A stretch of DNA of 64,000 nt from positions 192,001-256,000 of the forward strand of contig JAZAMN010000031.1 of the NCBI GenBank assembly GCA_036229005.1. The letters are read 5' to 3'. The position numbers were made by a program, and so were the translations under genes. Positions 53,592 to 63,259 of this stretch are shown here, piece after piece. The stretch's first letter is position 1. The number at the start of each line of letters is the position of its first letter. The notes beneath the pieces are model-generated. The model saw only the letters and a program-made list of their open reading frames with translations. It was not told where the DNA came from and searched no databases. The DNA is from Myxococcota bacterium. Its GTDB lineage: Bacteria; Myxococcota_A; UBA796; CAJQPC01.

Positions 53592-54656
53592 TTGATGCTG
53601 CTCGCCCTGGTCTCCGCCTCCTGGGCGGGCACGCTGACAGTACACATGCTCGACGTCGGGCAAGGGGACGCGATCCTGATGGAGACCCCCGCGGGGGACA
53701 CCATCCTCATCGACGCCGGGCCCAAGAAGGCCAAGGTCTACCAGCAGCTCAAGACCCTCGGGGTGGATGAGCTGGACCTGGTGTTCGCCTCCCACGCCCA
53801 CGCCGACCACATCGGCGGCATGCAGGACGTGGTCGAGAACCTGCGCGTGCGCGAGTACATCGACTCGGGGATGCCGCACACCACCCAGGGCTACGCGAAC
53901 CTGATGCGGGCGGTGGCGGACGAGAACATCCCCGCCCGCCGCGCGATGGAGGGCGAGGTCATCGAGCTGGATGACGGGATCCGCATCCACGTGCTCTGGC
54001 CGGGTCAGAGCTACCTGCGCGGCACACGCTCGGACCTGAACAGCAACTCTGTGGTGCTACGGGTGGAGCATGGTCAGGACTGCATCTTGCTGATGGGCGA
54101 CGCCGAGGAGCCGACGGAGCACAAGCTGAACCAGCAGGGGCTGGGCCCCTGTGGCGTGCTCAAGGTGGCCCACCACGGCTCGGACCACAGCACCTCGCCG
54201 GCATTCCTGCGTTCTGTGCAGCCGGAGATCGCCCTGATCTCGGCCGGTGTGGACAACCGCTATGGCCACCCCGGTGAGTCCACCCTCCTGAACCTGCAGC
54301 GCGCAGAGGCAGCCATCTACCGCACCGACTTCTGGGGCACGGTCACCCTGGAGTCCAGCGGCAAGGGCGTGGAGGTCGTGGACGGGCGCCCCTGGTGGGA
54401 GCCCGGAGGCGCAGCGGTCAAGGAGACGGTGGCGCCGATCGCCCTCCACGACACAGGCCCGGCCCCCCTGCCCAAGCCGGCTCCCGCACCTGAGCCGGCC
54501 CCTGCCCCCGAGGCCCCCCCCGCTGTCGCCCCCGCCGCCCTGTCCGGCGTGCGGAACGTGGACCAGCGGGCCCAGGATGATTCCCCCCAGCCCCAGGGTT
54601 GGTGGGCCCGACGCCGACAGCGCCGCCAAGAGCGACGCAAGGAGAGCTCCCGATGA
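53592..54656 (+). CDS. ComEC/Rec2-type metallo-beta-lactamase-fold nuclease, stand-alone
   Basis: LDVGQGDA, SHAHADHIGG, NSNSVV, GDAE, KVAHHGS, NRYGHP. Confidence 0.88.
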   Translation: MMLLALVSASWAGTLTVHMLDVGQGDAILMETPAGDTILIDAGPKKAKVYQQLKTLGVDELDLVFASHAHADHIGGMQDVVENLRVREYIDSGMPHTTQGYANLMRAVADENIPARRAMEGEVIELDDGIRIHVLWPGQSYLRGTRSDLNSNSVVLRVEHGQDCILLMGDAEEPTEHKLNQQGLGPCGVLKVAHHGSDHSTSPAFLRSVQPEIALISAGVDNRYGHPGESTLLNLQRAEAAIYRTDFWGTVTLESSGKGVEVVDGRPWWEPGGAAVKETVAPIALHDTGPAPLPKPAPAPEPAPAPEAPPAVAPAALSGVRNVDQRAQDDSPQPQGWWARRRQRRQERRKESSR

Positions 54657-55198
54657 AGCGCCTGATTCCCCTTTTGGCCCTGCTCTTGACCCTGCTCGTG
54701 CCCGGCGTGGGCTGGGCGGGGGTGAACGTGAACACCGCGACAGCCTCTGAGCTGGAGAGCCTCCCGGGCATCGGCCCCAGCAAGGCCGCCGCGATCGTGG
54801 AGTACCGCAGCGCCAACGGCGCCTTCAAGGACCTCTCCGCGCTCGACGCCGTCCCGGGCATCGGGCCCAGCACCCTGCAGAACATCGCGCCGCACGTGGA
54901 GTTCGGTGAGGGCGGCGCGGCTCCGGCTGCGGATCAGGCACAGGTGACCTCGTCGGCGCCCAGCAGTGCAGAGACGCCCGCAGCACCCGCATCCCAGAGC
55001 GGTGCAGGCATCAACATCAACGCCGCGAGCGCCGCTCAGCTCCAGTCCCTCCCCGGGATCGGCGCCGCCAAGGCCCAGGCCATCGTCGACGACCGCAACG
55101 CGAACGGCCCCTTCGCCTCCTGCCAGGACCTGACCCGCGTGAGCGGCATCGGCCAGGCCACCGTGGCCAACATGGGCAGCGACTGTCGCGCCGAGTAG
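54653..55198 (+). CDS. comEA: ComEA-like DNA-binding protein with two HhH domains
   Basis: Signal peptide, then VNVNTA..LPGIGPSKAAAIVEYR and ININAA..LPGIGAAKAQAI. Confidence 0.85.
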   Translation: MKRLIPLLALLLTLLVPGVGWAGVNVNTATASELESLPGIGPSKAAAIVEYRSANGAFKDLSALDAVPGIGPSTLQNIAPHVEFGEGGAAPAADQAQVTSSAPSSAETPAAPASQSGAGININAASAAQLQSLPGIGAAKAQAIVDDRNANGPFASCQDLTRVSGIGQATVANMGSDCRAE

Positions 55199-55214
55199 AC
55201 CGCGGCGCCCAGGC

Positions 55215-55964
55215 TCAGCTCAAGCGCTTGAGGGCCTGGGCGACGATGTCGGAGGCCTTCCCGGCTCTGGCCGGTGACCCGGTGACCGGTGCTGAGGCCC
55301 CGTCCCGGGGGAAGAGGTTGCGGTGCTTGGCCTGGAGGGGGGCCACGCGCTCAGCGGGGAGCGGGACCGGACCGCCGAGCTGCCGGGCGACCAGGGAGAT
55401 GCGGGCCAGGTGCTCGACCAGCTCCATCCGCAGAAAGCAGGTCTCCAGGTCAGGCCCCACCGTGAGCACGCCGTGGTTGGCGAGCAGCAGCGCGTCGGCC
55501 TCCTGGAGTGCGTGGTCGATCTGGGCGTCCAGGTCGGGTTCGCCGGGCATCCCGAAGGGCACCAGGGGGATGCGGGAGCCCAGGGACACCACGGGCTCGG
55601 CCATGAAGGGCGGCGGGAGCTCCTGCTGACAGACCGCGAAGCCGGTGGCGGTGGGCGGGTGCGCGTGCAGGACCGCTCCAATGTCGGGCCGGGAGCGGTA
55701 GGCGGCCAGGTGCAGCTTGAGCTCGGAGAAGGCCTTACGGGTGCCCTGGATCAGGCTGCCGTCGTCGTCGCTGACAACGATCAGCATCTCGGGGACCACG
55801 GCGCCCTTGGAGACCGCGGTGGGCGTGGAGAGGAGCTGGCCCTCGGCGTAGCGGACGCTGAGGTTGCCGTCGTGGTTGGCGACCCAGCCGCGGGCGTGGA
55901 CCAGGTTGCTGTAGTGGACGAGGTCGGCGCGGAGGCCTTCCTGCGGTGTCGCATGAGTTCGCAT
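55215..55964 (-). CDS. Class II aldolase/adducin-family protein
   Basis: DGNLSVR, TPT, SELKLHL, LHAHPP, LLANHG. Confidence 0.88.
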   Translation of the reverse strand: MRTHATPQEGLRADLVHYSNLVHARGWVANHDGNLSVRYAEGQLLSTPTAVSKGAVVPEMLIVVSDDDGSLIQGTRKAFSELKLHLAAYRSRPDIGAVLHAHPPTATGFAVCQQELPPPFMAEPVVSLGSRIPLVPFGMPGEPDLDAQIDHALQEADALLLANHGVLTVGPDLETCFLRMELVEHLARISLVARQLGGPVPLPAERVAPLQAKHRNLFPRDGASAPVTGSPARAGKASDIVAQALKRLS

Positions 55965-56039
55965 GTCGGCCAGCCTACCCCAGCGCAGGCCCTGCTGTGA
56001 GAGGATAGGCGCCGAACAACCACTCACCGGAGGGGAGCG

Positions 56040-56783
56040 TTGAGCAAGTTCCTCAAGGCCCTGGCCAAGATGAAGCTCGTCGAGCTGGATGAGCAGGAGC
56101 TGGAGACCCCCAGCAGCCACGATGGCGACCAGGACATCGACAAGATCCTGGCCGAGACCCGCGCCATGATGGGTGAGACGGAGACCCCCGCTGTGGAGGA
56201 GGAGGCTGCGCCCGATCCGGAGCCGGTCGCCCCACCCCCCCAGGTCTCGGTGCCGGCAGAGATCCAGGAAGGTCGTGCCTTCGAGGACATCTACGCAGAG
56301 GCGGGCGTGCCCGAGTCCCCCTACCCCGCCGAGCAGATGCTCAAGCTGCTGGACGGGCTCAAGGCCATGGGGCCGCGTGAGCGCAAGATGGCCGTGATGG
56401 CCATGGACGCGGCGGATGACCGGTGGACCATCGCCGACCCGGTCCTGGACGCCCAGCGCAAGATCGACAGCCTGCGCTCTGAGTCCGCGCGGCTGGACGC
56501 CTTCGCCGAGAAGGCCGAGGCGGAGGCCCAGGCCGGTCTGCAGGCCCAGGAGGACTACAAGTCCGAGGCCACCCAGACCATCCGCAAGCAGATCAGCGAG
56601 CTGGAGGCCCTGCTGGAGGAGGAGCTGCGCAAGGTGGCCGAGGAGAAGGCGTCCATCCACCTGAAGCTGGAGTCCACCCGCGGCGCGGTGACCCGCGAGA
56701 AGGCCCGCTTCGAGGCCGAAATGGATAGTCTCTTCACGCTCTCCCAGACCTTCGGAACCGACAACGAAACGGAGGCCAACTGA
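56040..56783 (+). CDS. Cytoplasmic acidic coiled-coil protein, first gene of the ABC/OmpA operon
   Basis: TTG start with GGAGGGG SD; long heptad-rich C-terminal half; abuts the next gene. Confidence 0.75.
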   Translation: MSKFLKALAKMKLVELDEQELETPSSHDGDQDIDKILAETRAMMGETETPAVEEEAAPDPEPVAPPPQVSVPAEIQEGRAFEDIYAEAGVPESPYPAEQMLKLLDGLKAMGPRERKMAVMAMDAADDRWTIADPVLDAQRKIDSLRSESARLDAFAEKAEAEAQAGLQAQEDYKSEATQTIRKQISELEALLEEELRKVAEEKASIHLKLESTRGAVTREKARFEAEMDSLFTLSQTFGTDNETEAN

Positions 56784-58433
56784 ATGGCCAAGCTGACCCC
56801 CCTCGCGAAGGGCCTCATCGCCGTGACCATCCTCTCCCTGACCGCGGCCGCCGCCTGGCAGCTCGGCGTGAAGGACATGGTCCAGGGCGACCCCGGGTCC
56901 GACCCCGGAACCAGCGGCCCGGTCTTTGGTGACAAAGAGAACAAGAACGCAGCGCTGGGCTCCAAGGACAACCCCCTCAAGGTGTCCATCGTGTCCTTCC
57001 ACGGCTACGCGCCCGCGCTGGTGGCCAATGGCGGCAGCCTCGTGACCCAGCCGGGCTCGCTCATGGAGCAGAACGGCACCCACGTCGAGCTCGTGATCCA
57101 GGACGACATCCCCACCCTGGCGACCATCTTCTCCTCCGACACCGCCCACTGCGCCTGGCGCACCAGCGACTTCTGGGCCCAGGAGCACCCCAACCTGCGG
57201 GGCAACGAGCTGGACGCCAAGGCCATCATGGTCGTGGACAACACCCAGGGCGCCGACGCCATCATCGCCAAGGACAGCAACATCCAGTCCATCGAGGACC
57301 TGGCGGACAAGAAGATCGCGCTGCTGCAGTACACCCCCAGCGACGGCATGGTGATCGACGCCATCGACAACTCGGCGATGTCGGCCCGCAAGAAGAACTC
57401 CGTGGACCTGGTCTACATCAACGCCGAGGAGGGCACCGCCGGCGTGCGCGCGGCCTTCGAGAGCGGCCAGGTGGACGCCGCGGCCCTCTGGGATCCGGAC
57501 CTGTCCCTGGCGGTCCAGGCGGTCCCTGGCGCCCACGTCATCTACTCGACCAAGACGGCGACCAACCTGATCTACGACGTGATCGTGTGCGACACGCGCT
57601 ACCTGGACGACCCCAACAACGCCCAGGCCTTCCAGGGCTTCGTGGGCGGCTGGATGGCCGGCGTGGAGGCCGCGGAGAAGGACCCCGAGGCCGCCGTGGA
57701 CGCCCTGATCCAGAACGAGGAGTTCTTTGAGTTGCTCGCCAAGGATGAGGGCCGCGGCTTCATCCGGGGGCTCTTCGACAACCTGGTCTGGACCGGGGTC
57801 GAGGACAACGCCCGCATCCTGGGCATGGTGGGCGGCACCAACCACTACGAGCGCGTCTACAAGCGCTTCGACATGATCTACCGGAAGGCCGGGGCCCTCG
57901 CGAACCCCAACGCGCCGGTCATCAACCCCAGCGACTCCTTCGACTACCGCTTCATCCAGTCCCTGGTGGACGCCGACGCCGCCGCGCAGGCCGCCGCCAA
58001 GAAGCCCGAGTTCGTGTTCACCGAGACCGAGCGCGACGTGGCCGTCAAGAAGGAGGCCCAGCTCACCAAGCCCATCACGGTGAACTTCACCACGGGCAGC
58101 GCCGAGCTGAGCAAGCGGGCCATGCAGACCATCGACGACGAGATGGTCCCCCTGATCGAGAACAACGGCTCGGCCTACTTCCAGGTCAGCGGGAACACCG
58201 ACAGCACCGGCTCCCGCGCCACCAACATGAAGCTCTCCAAGCAACGCGCCCAGGCCGTGACCGACTACCTGGTCACCCAGTGGGAGTTCAAGCCCGAGCG
58301 CTTCATCGTGGTGGGCAACGGCCCGGACTTCCCCATCTGCCCCGAGAAGGACTGGCAGGCCGAGGGCTACGCGGATCTGGACGCCTGCCGGGCGGACAAC
58401 CGCACCACCCGACTGGCCGTCCACGCGCGCTGA
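56784..58433 (+). CDS. SsuA/NMT1-like ABC substrate-binding protein fused to an OmpA-like peptidoglycan-binding domain
   Basis: N-terminal TM, DNTQGADAII, GQVDAAALWDP; C-terminal GNTDSTGSRATNMKLSKQRAQAV...NR. Confidence 0.85.
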   Translation: MAKLTPLAKGLIAVTILSLTAAAAWQLGVKDMVQGDPGSDPGTSGPVFGDKENKNAALGSKDNPLKVSIVSFHGYAPALVANGGSLVTQPGSLMEQNGTHVELVIQDDIPTLATIFSSDTAHCAWRTSDFWAQEHPNLRGNELDAKAIMVVDNTQGADAIIAKDSNIQSIEDLADKKIALLQYTPSDGMVIDAIDNSAMSARKKNSVDLVYINAEEGTAGVRAAFESGQVDAAALWDPDLSLAVQAVPGAHVIYSTKTATNLIYDVIVCDTRYLDDPNNAQAFQGFVGGWMAGVEAAEKDPEAAVDALIQNEEFFELLAKDEGRGFIRGLFDNLVWTGVEDNARILGMVGGTNHYERVYKRFDMIYRKAGALANPNAPVINPSDSFDYRFIQSLVDADAAAQAAAKKPEFVFTETERDVAVKKEAQLTKPITVNFTTGSAELSKRAMQTIDDEMVPLIENNGSAYFQVSGNTDSTGSRATNMKLSKQRAQAVTDYLVTQWEFKPERFIVVGNGPDFPICPEKDWQAEGYADLDACRADNRTTRLAVHAR

Positions 58434-58436
58434 CAC

Positions 58437-59228
58437 ATGTGGAATCCCTACAAAGAGGTGCCCGCCTCCAAGCGGCGGGTGCTCGGCCTGGTCTCGGTGG
58501 CCACCATCCTGGTCATCTGGTCCCTGCTCACCGGCCTCTCGGTGGTGGGCAAGGCCAAGCTGCCCGCCCCCTGGGAGGTCGCGCAGGCCTTCGTGCAGCT
58601 GGCGTGGGACGCGGACAAGGGTGAGTCGCTGCTGATGACGGCGACCATCGCTTCGCTCTCGCGTGTCCTCGTCGCGGGGATGGCGGTGTGCGCGGTGGGG
58701 ATTCCAGTCGGGGTGCTGATGGGTGCAGCCCCCAAGGTGAACGCGGCCCTCTCGCCCCTCGTCGACCCCTTCCGCTCTGCACCCATTGTGGCCATCCAGC
58801 CCGTGCTGGTGATGTGGTTCGGGATCTACGAGCTCTCCAAGATCACCTTCCTCTTCCTGGGGGCAGTGGTCTACCTGATCCCCATGGTCCGGGACGCCGT
58901 CCAGGCGGTGCCCAGCACCTACTACATCTCGGCCCGGGACCTGGGCGCCTCACCCTGGGAGGCCGTGCGCCACGCCGTGCTCCCCATGGCCATGCCCCGC
59001 GTCGCCGACGGTGTGATCGTGAGCATCTCGGTCATGTGGACCTACATCACCGTGGCCGAGTACGTGAACGCCGAGAAGGGCCTGGGACAGCTCATCCAGA
59101 ACGCCAAGCGCTTCTCCGCCATGGATCAGGTCTTCGTCGGCATCATCGTCATCATCGCGCTGGCGCTGCTGACCTACACCGGCATGAGCTGGCTCAAGAA
59201 CAAGCTCTACCCCTGGGAGGTCGCGTGA
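58437..59228 (+). CDS. ABC permease (SsuC/TauC-like)
   Basis: Six TMs, ARDLGAS EAA-like loop, WTYITVAE..GLG. Confidence 0.9.
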   Translation: MWNPYKEVPASKRRVLGLVSVATILVIWSLLTGLSVVGKAKLPAPWEVAQAFVQLAWDADKGESLLMTATIASLSRVLVAGMAVCAVGIPVGVLMGAAPKVNAALSPLVDPFRSAPIVAIQPVLVMWFGIYELSKITFLFLGAVVYLIPMVRDAVQAVPSTYYISARDLGASPWEAVRHAVLPMAMPRVADGVIVSISVMWTYITVAEYVNAEKGLGQLIQNAKRFSAMDQVFVGIIVIIALALLTYTGMSWLKNKLYPWEVA

Positions 59229-60046
59229 GCGTCTCCATCGAACTCCAGGACATCGGCCAGAGCTACCCCGCCCCCCAAGAGGGTGAGCCGGACGTGGTCG
59301 TGCTGGACGGGATCAACCTCAAGCTGGAGCCCGGCATCAACATGCTGCTGGGGCCCTCGGGCTGCGGCAAGTCCACCGTGCTCAAGCTCATGGGCGGGGT
59401 GCGCCCCTACAACGTGGTGAGCCCCACCAAGGGCAGCGTGCTGATCGACGGCGAGCCCTGCGAGGGCCCCCACGACGACGCGGTCATGGTCTTCCAGCGC
59501 TACGCCAACCGCCCCGACCTGAGCGTGCGGGAGAACGTCGCGCTGCCCTTCCGCTTTGCCCTGTGGAAGGCCAAGGTCCCCAAGGCCGAGCAGGACAAGC
59601 GCGTCGACGACATGCTCGAGGCCGTGGGCCTGGCGGACAAGGCCGCGCTGATGCCCAGCCAGCTCTCCGGCGGACAGAACCAGCGGGTCGCGTTGGCCCG
59701 GGCCCTGGTGCTCCAGCCCCGCATCCTGCTGATGGACGAGCCCTTCGGCGCCCTGGACGCCCAGACGCGCGAGGAGATGCAGGCCCTGCTGATCGAGCTG
59801 ATCGCCAAGCAGCCCTGCCTGGTCGTGTTCGTCACCCACGACGTCACCGAGGCCCTGCTGCTCGGCGACCGCGTGCTGGTGCTCTCCACCCGCCCGGCCA
59901 GCATCGCCGACGACTTCCGCATCGCCGAGAGCAAGCCCCGCTCCCAGGCCTGGCGCCGCTCCACCGAGGCCACCAGGATGGAAGAGCGCGTCCTCAAGCA
60001 GCTCCACCAGGCCGGCGCAGGCGGTCAGGTGCGCGTGACCCTCTAG
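59225..60046 (+). CDS. ABC ATPase (SsuB/TauB-like)
   Basis: GPSGCGKST, LSGGQNQR, LLMDEPFGALD, VTHD. Confidence 0.93.
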   Translation: MSVSIELQDIGQSYPAPQEGEPDVVVLDGINLKLEPGINMLLGPSGCGKSTVLKLMGGVRPYNVVSPTKGSVLIDGEPCEGPHDDAVMVFQRYANRPDLSVRENVALPFRFALWKAKVPKAEQDKRVDDMLEAVGLADKAALMPSQLSGGQNQRVALARALVLQPRILLMDEPFGALDAQTREEMQALLIELIAKQPCLVVFVTHDVTEALLLGDRVLVLSTRPASIADDFRIAESKPRSQAWRRSTEATRMEERVLKQLHQAGAGGQVRVTL

Positions 60047-60064
60047 CCAGCGAGCAGACCGACC

Positions 60065-60937
60065 TTGGCCGACAAGCCGCATATCTGGGAAGAAGAAGGC
60101 AGCGCGGAGATCTCCTACCTCAAGGAGATGATCACCAGCCAGGCCTCCATCGGCAGCGTCCTCGGGGCTCTGTCCGTGGGGGCTCTGCTGTCCATCCCCC
60201 TGGGCCTGGGCGTAGGCGCGATCCCCATCCTGCTGGCCCTCTCCGGCAACGCCATCGCCGCGCTGTTCGTGCCCAGCTCCCCCGTGTTCCGGGCCAAGGT
60301 CAACCGCCGCAAGCGCAACCAGCGCCGCGAGGCCGCCCGCGAGCACCTGCAGACCCAGATCAACCAGCGGGTCAAGCCGGACGACCCCAACTGGGCCACC
60401 TACCACCGCATGCAGGAGCGCCTGGACAGCCTCACGGCCATGGCGACCAACCGGGACACCGCGCTCACCGAGACCATGGTGCAGCGGCTGAACGACTCCA
60501 CCGTCGACTTCCTGGGCCTGTGGCTGGCCTGGCTCACCATGCGGGAGCGCTGGGAGAGCGTGGACGAGCGCACCCTCAAGCGCCGCATCCGCCAGATCGA
60601 GATGGAGCTGGAGAAGGGCGAGACCTCGGGCGTGGACACCCACCACCTGCGCAAGGCCAAGGCCGACCTGCAGGGCGTGTTGGATCGCCGCCAGTCCCTG
60701 TGGAGCCGCGCCACCTCTGTGGAGGCCGCGATGCTGGCCATGGCCGACACCTTCGAGGAGGTCTACCAGCGCGTGATGGCCAACCCCAACGCCAAGGAGG
60801 TCGGCGCCGAGCTGAACGCCGCCGTGGAGCGGATGCGGGTGGAGGAGCAGTTGGATCTCGCAGTGGATCGGGAGCTGTCCGACATGCTCGACCCCAAGAA
60901 ACGGGCCGCTGCCCGCGCACGCCAATCCTTGCGCTGA
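60065..60937 (+). CDS. Membrane-anchored coiled-coil protein, last gene of the ABC/OmpA operon
   Basis: N-terminal hydrophobic hairpin followed by long amphipathic helices. Confidence 0.75.
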   Translation: MADKPHIWEEEGSAEISYLKEMITSQASIGSVLGALSVGALLSIPLGLGVGAIPILLALSGNAIAALFVPSSPVFRAKVNRRKRNQRREAAREHLQTQINQRVKPDDPNWATYHRMQERLDSLTAMATNRDTALTETMVQRLNDSTVDFLGLWLAWLTMRERWESVDERTLKRRIRQIEMELEKGETSGVDTHHLRKAKADLQGVLDRRQSLWSRATSVEAAMLAMADTFEEVYQRVMANPNAKEVGAELNAAVERMRVEEQLDLAVDRELSDMLDPKKRAAARARQSLR

Positions 60938-60994
60938 TGCCCCAAGCGAGGTCACCCGCAGCCTGATCCCTCGCGTGCTTTCCAGCCTTTGCTC

Positions 60995-61023
60995 TTGACA
61001 TGCCAACAGGGCCGGAGCATTGT
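60995..61023 (+). promoter_or_regulatory. Sigma70-type promoter TTGACA-N17-CATTGT, 6 nt before the ATG at 61030
   Basis: Consensus -35 with a 17-bp spacer; no SD in the 6 nt before the ATG. Confidence 0.6.
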
Positions 61024-61029
61024 TCGGAC

Positions 61030-61881
61030 ATGCGCATGTCCCTGTCCAGCTTCAACCGCCGGCCCGCCAAGCCCCAGAAGACCCTGGAGTGGGGCGACAA
61101 GGCCGCCACGGTCATCGCGGTCGCCGCCCAGAAGGGTGGCGTGGGCAAGACCACCACCGCCATCAGCCTGGCCGCCGCCTGGGCCCGCTTCTCGGGCCTC
61201 AAGGTGCTGCTCGTGGACCTGGACCCCCAGGCCAACTGCGCCGTCGCCCTGCGGGATGGCGTGGCGTTTGGCGGCGGCTCCCTGGCGGAGATCCTCAGCG
61301 AGGGCCGCGGCACCGAGGTCGGCGAGATCTCCGTCCCCTCCGGCGTGCCCAACCTGGACATCCTGCCGCCCGACCCCGATCTGCAGTCCGTCGAGGCCCG
61401 CTTGGCGTCCAAGATCGGCCGGGAGTTCGCCCTGCGCACCGCGCTGGAGCGCACCCGCAGCCACTACGACCTGATCGTCCTGGACTGCCCCCCGCACCTG
61501 GGCCCCCTCACCCTCAACGGGCTGGCCGCGGCGGATCACGTCGTGGTCCCCTGCACTCCCGATGCCCTCGCCGTCGCCGGGGTTCAAGGGGTGCTCACGG
61601 CCATCGAGGAGGTCCGCGGTCAGCTCAACCCCAACCTGGCGCTGGCCGGCGTCCTCCTCACCCGCGTCGACAAGCGCAACAGCCGCACCACGGGGCTTGC
61701 CCTGGAGCTGGTTGAAGAGGCCTTCGGAGACCTGCTGGTGGAGCAGAGAGTGGACATCCACGCCTCCCTGGCCGCGGCCCAGATCGCCGGTCGCGATATC
61801 TTCGCCCACGACCCCAACGGCCGCAGCGCCCGTCAGTACCAGGACCTGGCCAGCGAGCTGCTGGAGCGCCTGGAGGATTAG
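61030..61881 (+). CDS. ParA/Soj-family ATPase
   Basis: QKGGVGKTT deviant Walker A, DLDPQAN, LDCPPHLG. Confidence 0.92.
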   Translation: MRMSLSSFNRRPAKPQKTLEWGDKAATVIAVAAQKGGVGKTTTAISLAAAWARFSGLKVLLVDLDPQANCAVALRDGVAFGGGSLAEILSEGRGTEVGEISVPSGVPNLDILPPDPDLQSVEARLASKIGREFALRTALERTRSHYDLIVLDCPPHLGPLTLNGLAAADHVVVPCTPDALAVAGVQGVLTAIEEVRGQLNPNLALAGVLLTRVDKRNSRTTGLALELVEEAFGDLLVEQRVDIHASLAAAQIAGRDIFAHDPNGRSARQYQDLASELLERLED

Positions 61882-61908
61882 GGCGGGGCGGCCTCAGCCA
61901 GAGGCCCC

Positions 61909-62742
61909 ATGATCACCCTCGCCGACCTCCAGAGCGCCCACGACTTCTCCTCCTCCCAAGCCGCCGTCGAGCAGGCGGTCGGCCAGGGCATGCGCAGCCG
62001 CAGCGCCCTGCTGCAGTTCGTCGGCCGCTACACGAGCTGGAACGGCTTCTTCGGCAGCGGCGTGGCCACCCTGGCCGGCAAGATCGGGCGTTCGCGCCGC
62101 ATCTTCACCGACCCCGCGGAACCGATCCACGCCCTGGCGGACCGCAGCGTGCTGGTCGGCAGCTTCTTCTTCGACGCCGCCCGGGACGAGTTCGACGACT
62201 CCTCGACCGAGCACCGGGACACCCACCGCTGCCTGGCCCAGGCCTTCGTGGCGGGCATCGCCCGAAGCATGCACAAGCGGGACCCCGCCGAGCTCAACAG
62301 CCTGCTCGCCGACCCCGTCTGGCTGCTGCCCCTCCAGCACCGCGTGGCCCAAGGCTACGGCGCGACCAGCCCCGATGACGCCCCGCACATCTTCCGGTCC
62401 ATGGGCTACCACCTGGGCTCCGAGGTGCTCGCCGACCAGGAGTTCTCCCTGATCGACAACGCCCTGCGGCACAGCGATCCCGAGCTGGTCGAGGAGATGG
62501 AGTCCGGCACCTACAACATCGGCGGGCGGGAGCACGCCTGCTACCACTGGCTGGGCATCCACAGCGGGCACGGCGGGGGCGTGGAGCACGACCACTTCGA
62601 GTGGGCCGTGCAGGGGGTGCAGCGCGCGTTCGACTACACCCCCACCGAGCAGCACGCCGCCCTGCGGCAGCAGGTGCTGCTGGGCTTCGGGGACTTCGCC
62701 CGGGACCACGCCGAGTTCTTCGCCATGGTCGTCCGGGACTGA
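61909..62742 (+). CDS. Heme-oxygenase-like (HDO/iron-containing redox) fold protein
   Basis: DEF...THR, GSE...DQEF, WLGIH...VEHDH Glu/His pattern in a helical protein. Confidence 0.55.
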   Translation: MITLADLQSAHDFSSSQAAVEQAVGQGMRSRSALLQFVGRYTSWNGFFGSGVATLAGKIGRSRRIFTDPAEPIHALADRSVLVGSFFFDAARDEFDDSSTEHRDTHRCLAQAFVAGIARSMHKRDPAELNSLLADPVWLLPLQHRVAQGYGATSPDDAPHIFRSMGYHLGSEVLADQEFSLIDNALRHSDPELVEEMESGTYNIGGREHACYHWLGIHSGHGGGVEHDHFEWAVQGVQRAFDYTPTEQHAALRQQVLLGFGDFARDHAEFFAMVVRD

Positions 62743-62746
62743 GCGC

Positions 62747-63172
62747 CTACCAGGTGCCCGTGCTGGGCATCGACTTCCAGGGCTCCTGCAGGGGCAGGGC
62801 CTCGCCCGCCTGCAGCAGCTCGATGGACTGACCGTCCGGGGACTTCACGAAGGCCATGCGGCCATCCCGGGGCGGCCGCAGGATGGTCACGCCGCCGGCC
62901 TGCAGGCGCTCGCACGACGCGTAGATGTCGTCCACGGCGAAGGCCAGGTGCCCAAAGTAGCGCCCCGTGGTGTAGGGCTCCTGTTGATCCCAGTTCCAGG
63001 TCAGCTCGATGGTGGCGCTGTCCTCGGCGTGGCCGCTCTCCAGGAAGACCAGGGAGTAGCGGCCCTGCTCGTAGTCGCTGCGCCGCTTGACCCGGAGGCC
63101 GAGCAGGTCGACGAAGAAGTGCAGGGAGGCGTCCAGGTCGCGGACGCGGATCATCGTGTGCAGGAAACGCAT
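62747..63172 (-). CDS. gloA: Lactoylglutathione lyase (glyoxalase I)
   Basis: FLHTMIRVRDL, IELTWNWD, FGHLAF, RPPRDGRMAFVKSPDG..IEL. Confidence 0.9.
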   Translation of the reverse strand: MRFLHTMIRVRDLDASLHFFVDLLGLRVKRRSDYEQGRYSLVFLESGHAEDSATIELTWNWDQQEPYTTGRYFGHLAFAVDDIYASCERLQAGGVTILRPPRDGRMAFVKSPDGQSIELLQAGEALPLQEPWKSMPSTGTW

Positions 63173-63259
63173 GGGCTGCTCCGTAGGAAATCCCGGCCCG
63201 TGGCGAAGACCAGGGAACCACCGGGGGGTATCCTGGTGTCCCAGGAAGGGGAGAGTTGC

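Noticed and set aside
55965..58436. Apparent 1073-aa N-terminally extended aldolase
   Set aside because: Only 55215-55964 has aldolase motifs; the rest is antisense to the ABC operon.
61030..61881. Plasmid or chromosome partition locus
   Set aside because: No parB, rep gene or recognisable parS nearby, and the context is chromosomal.
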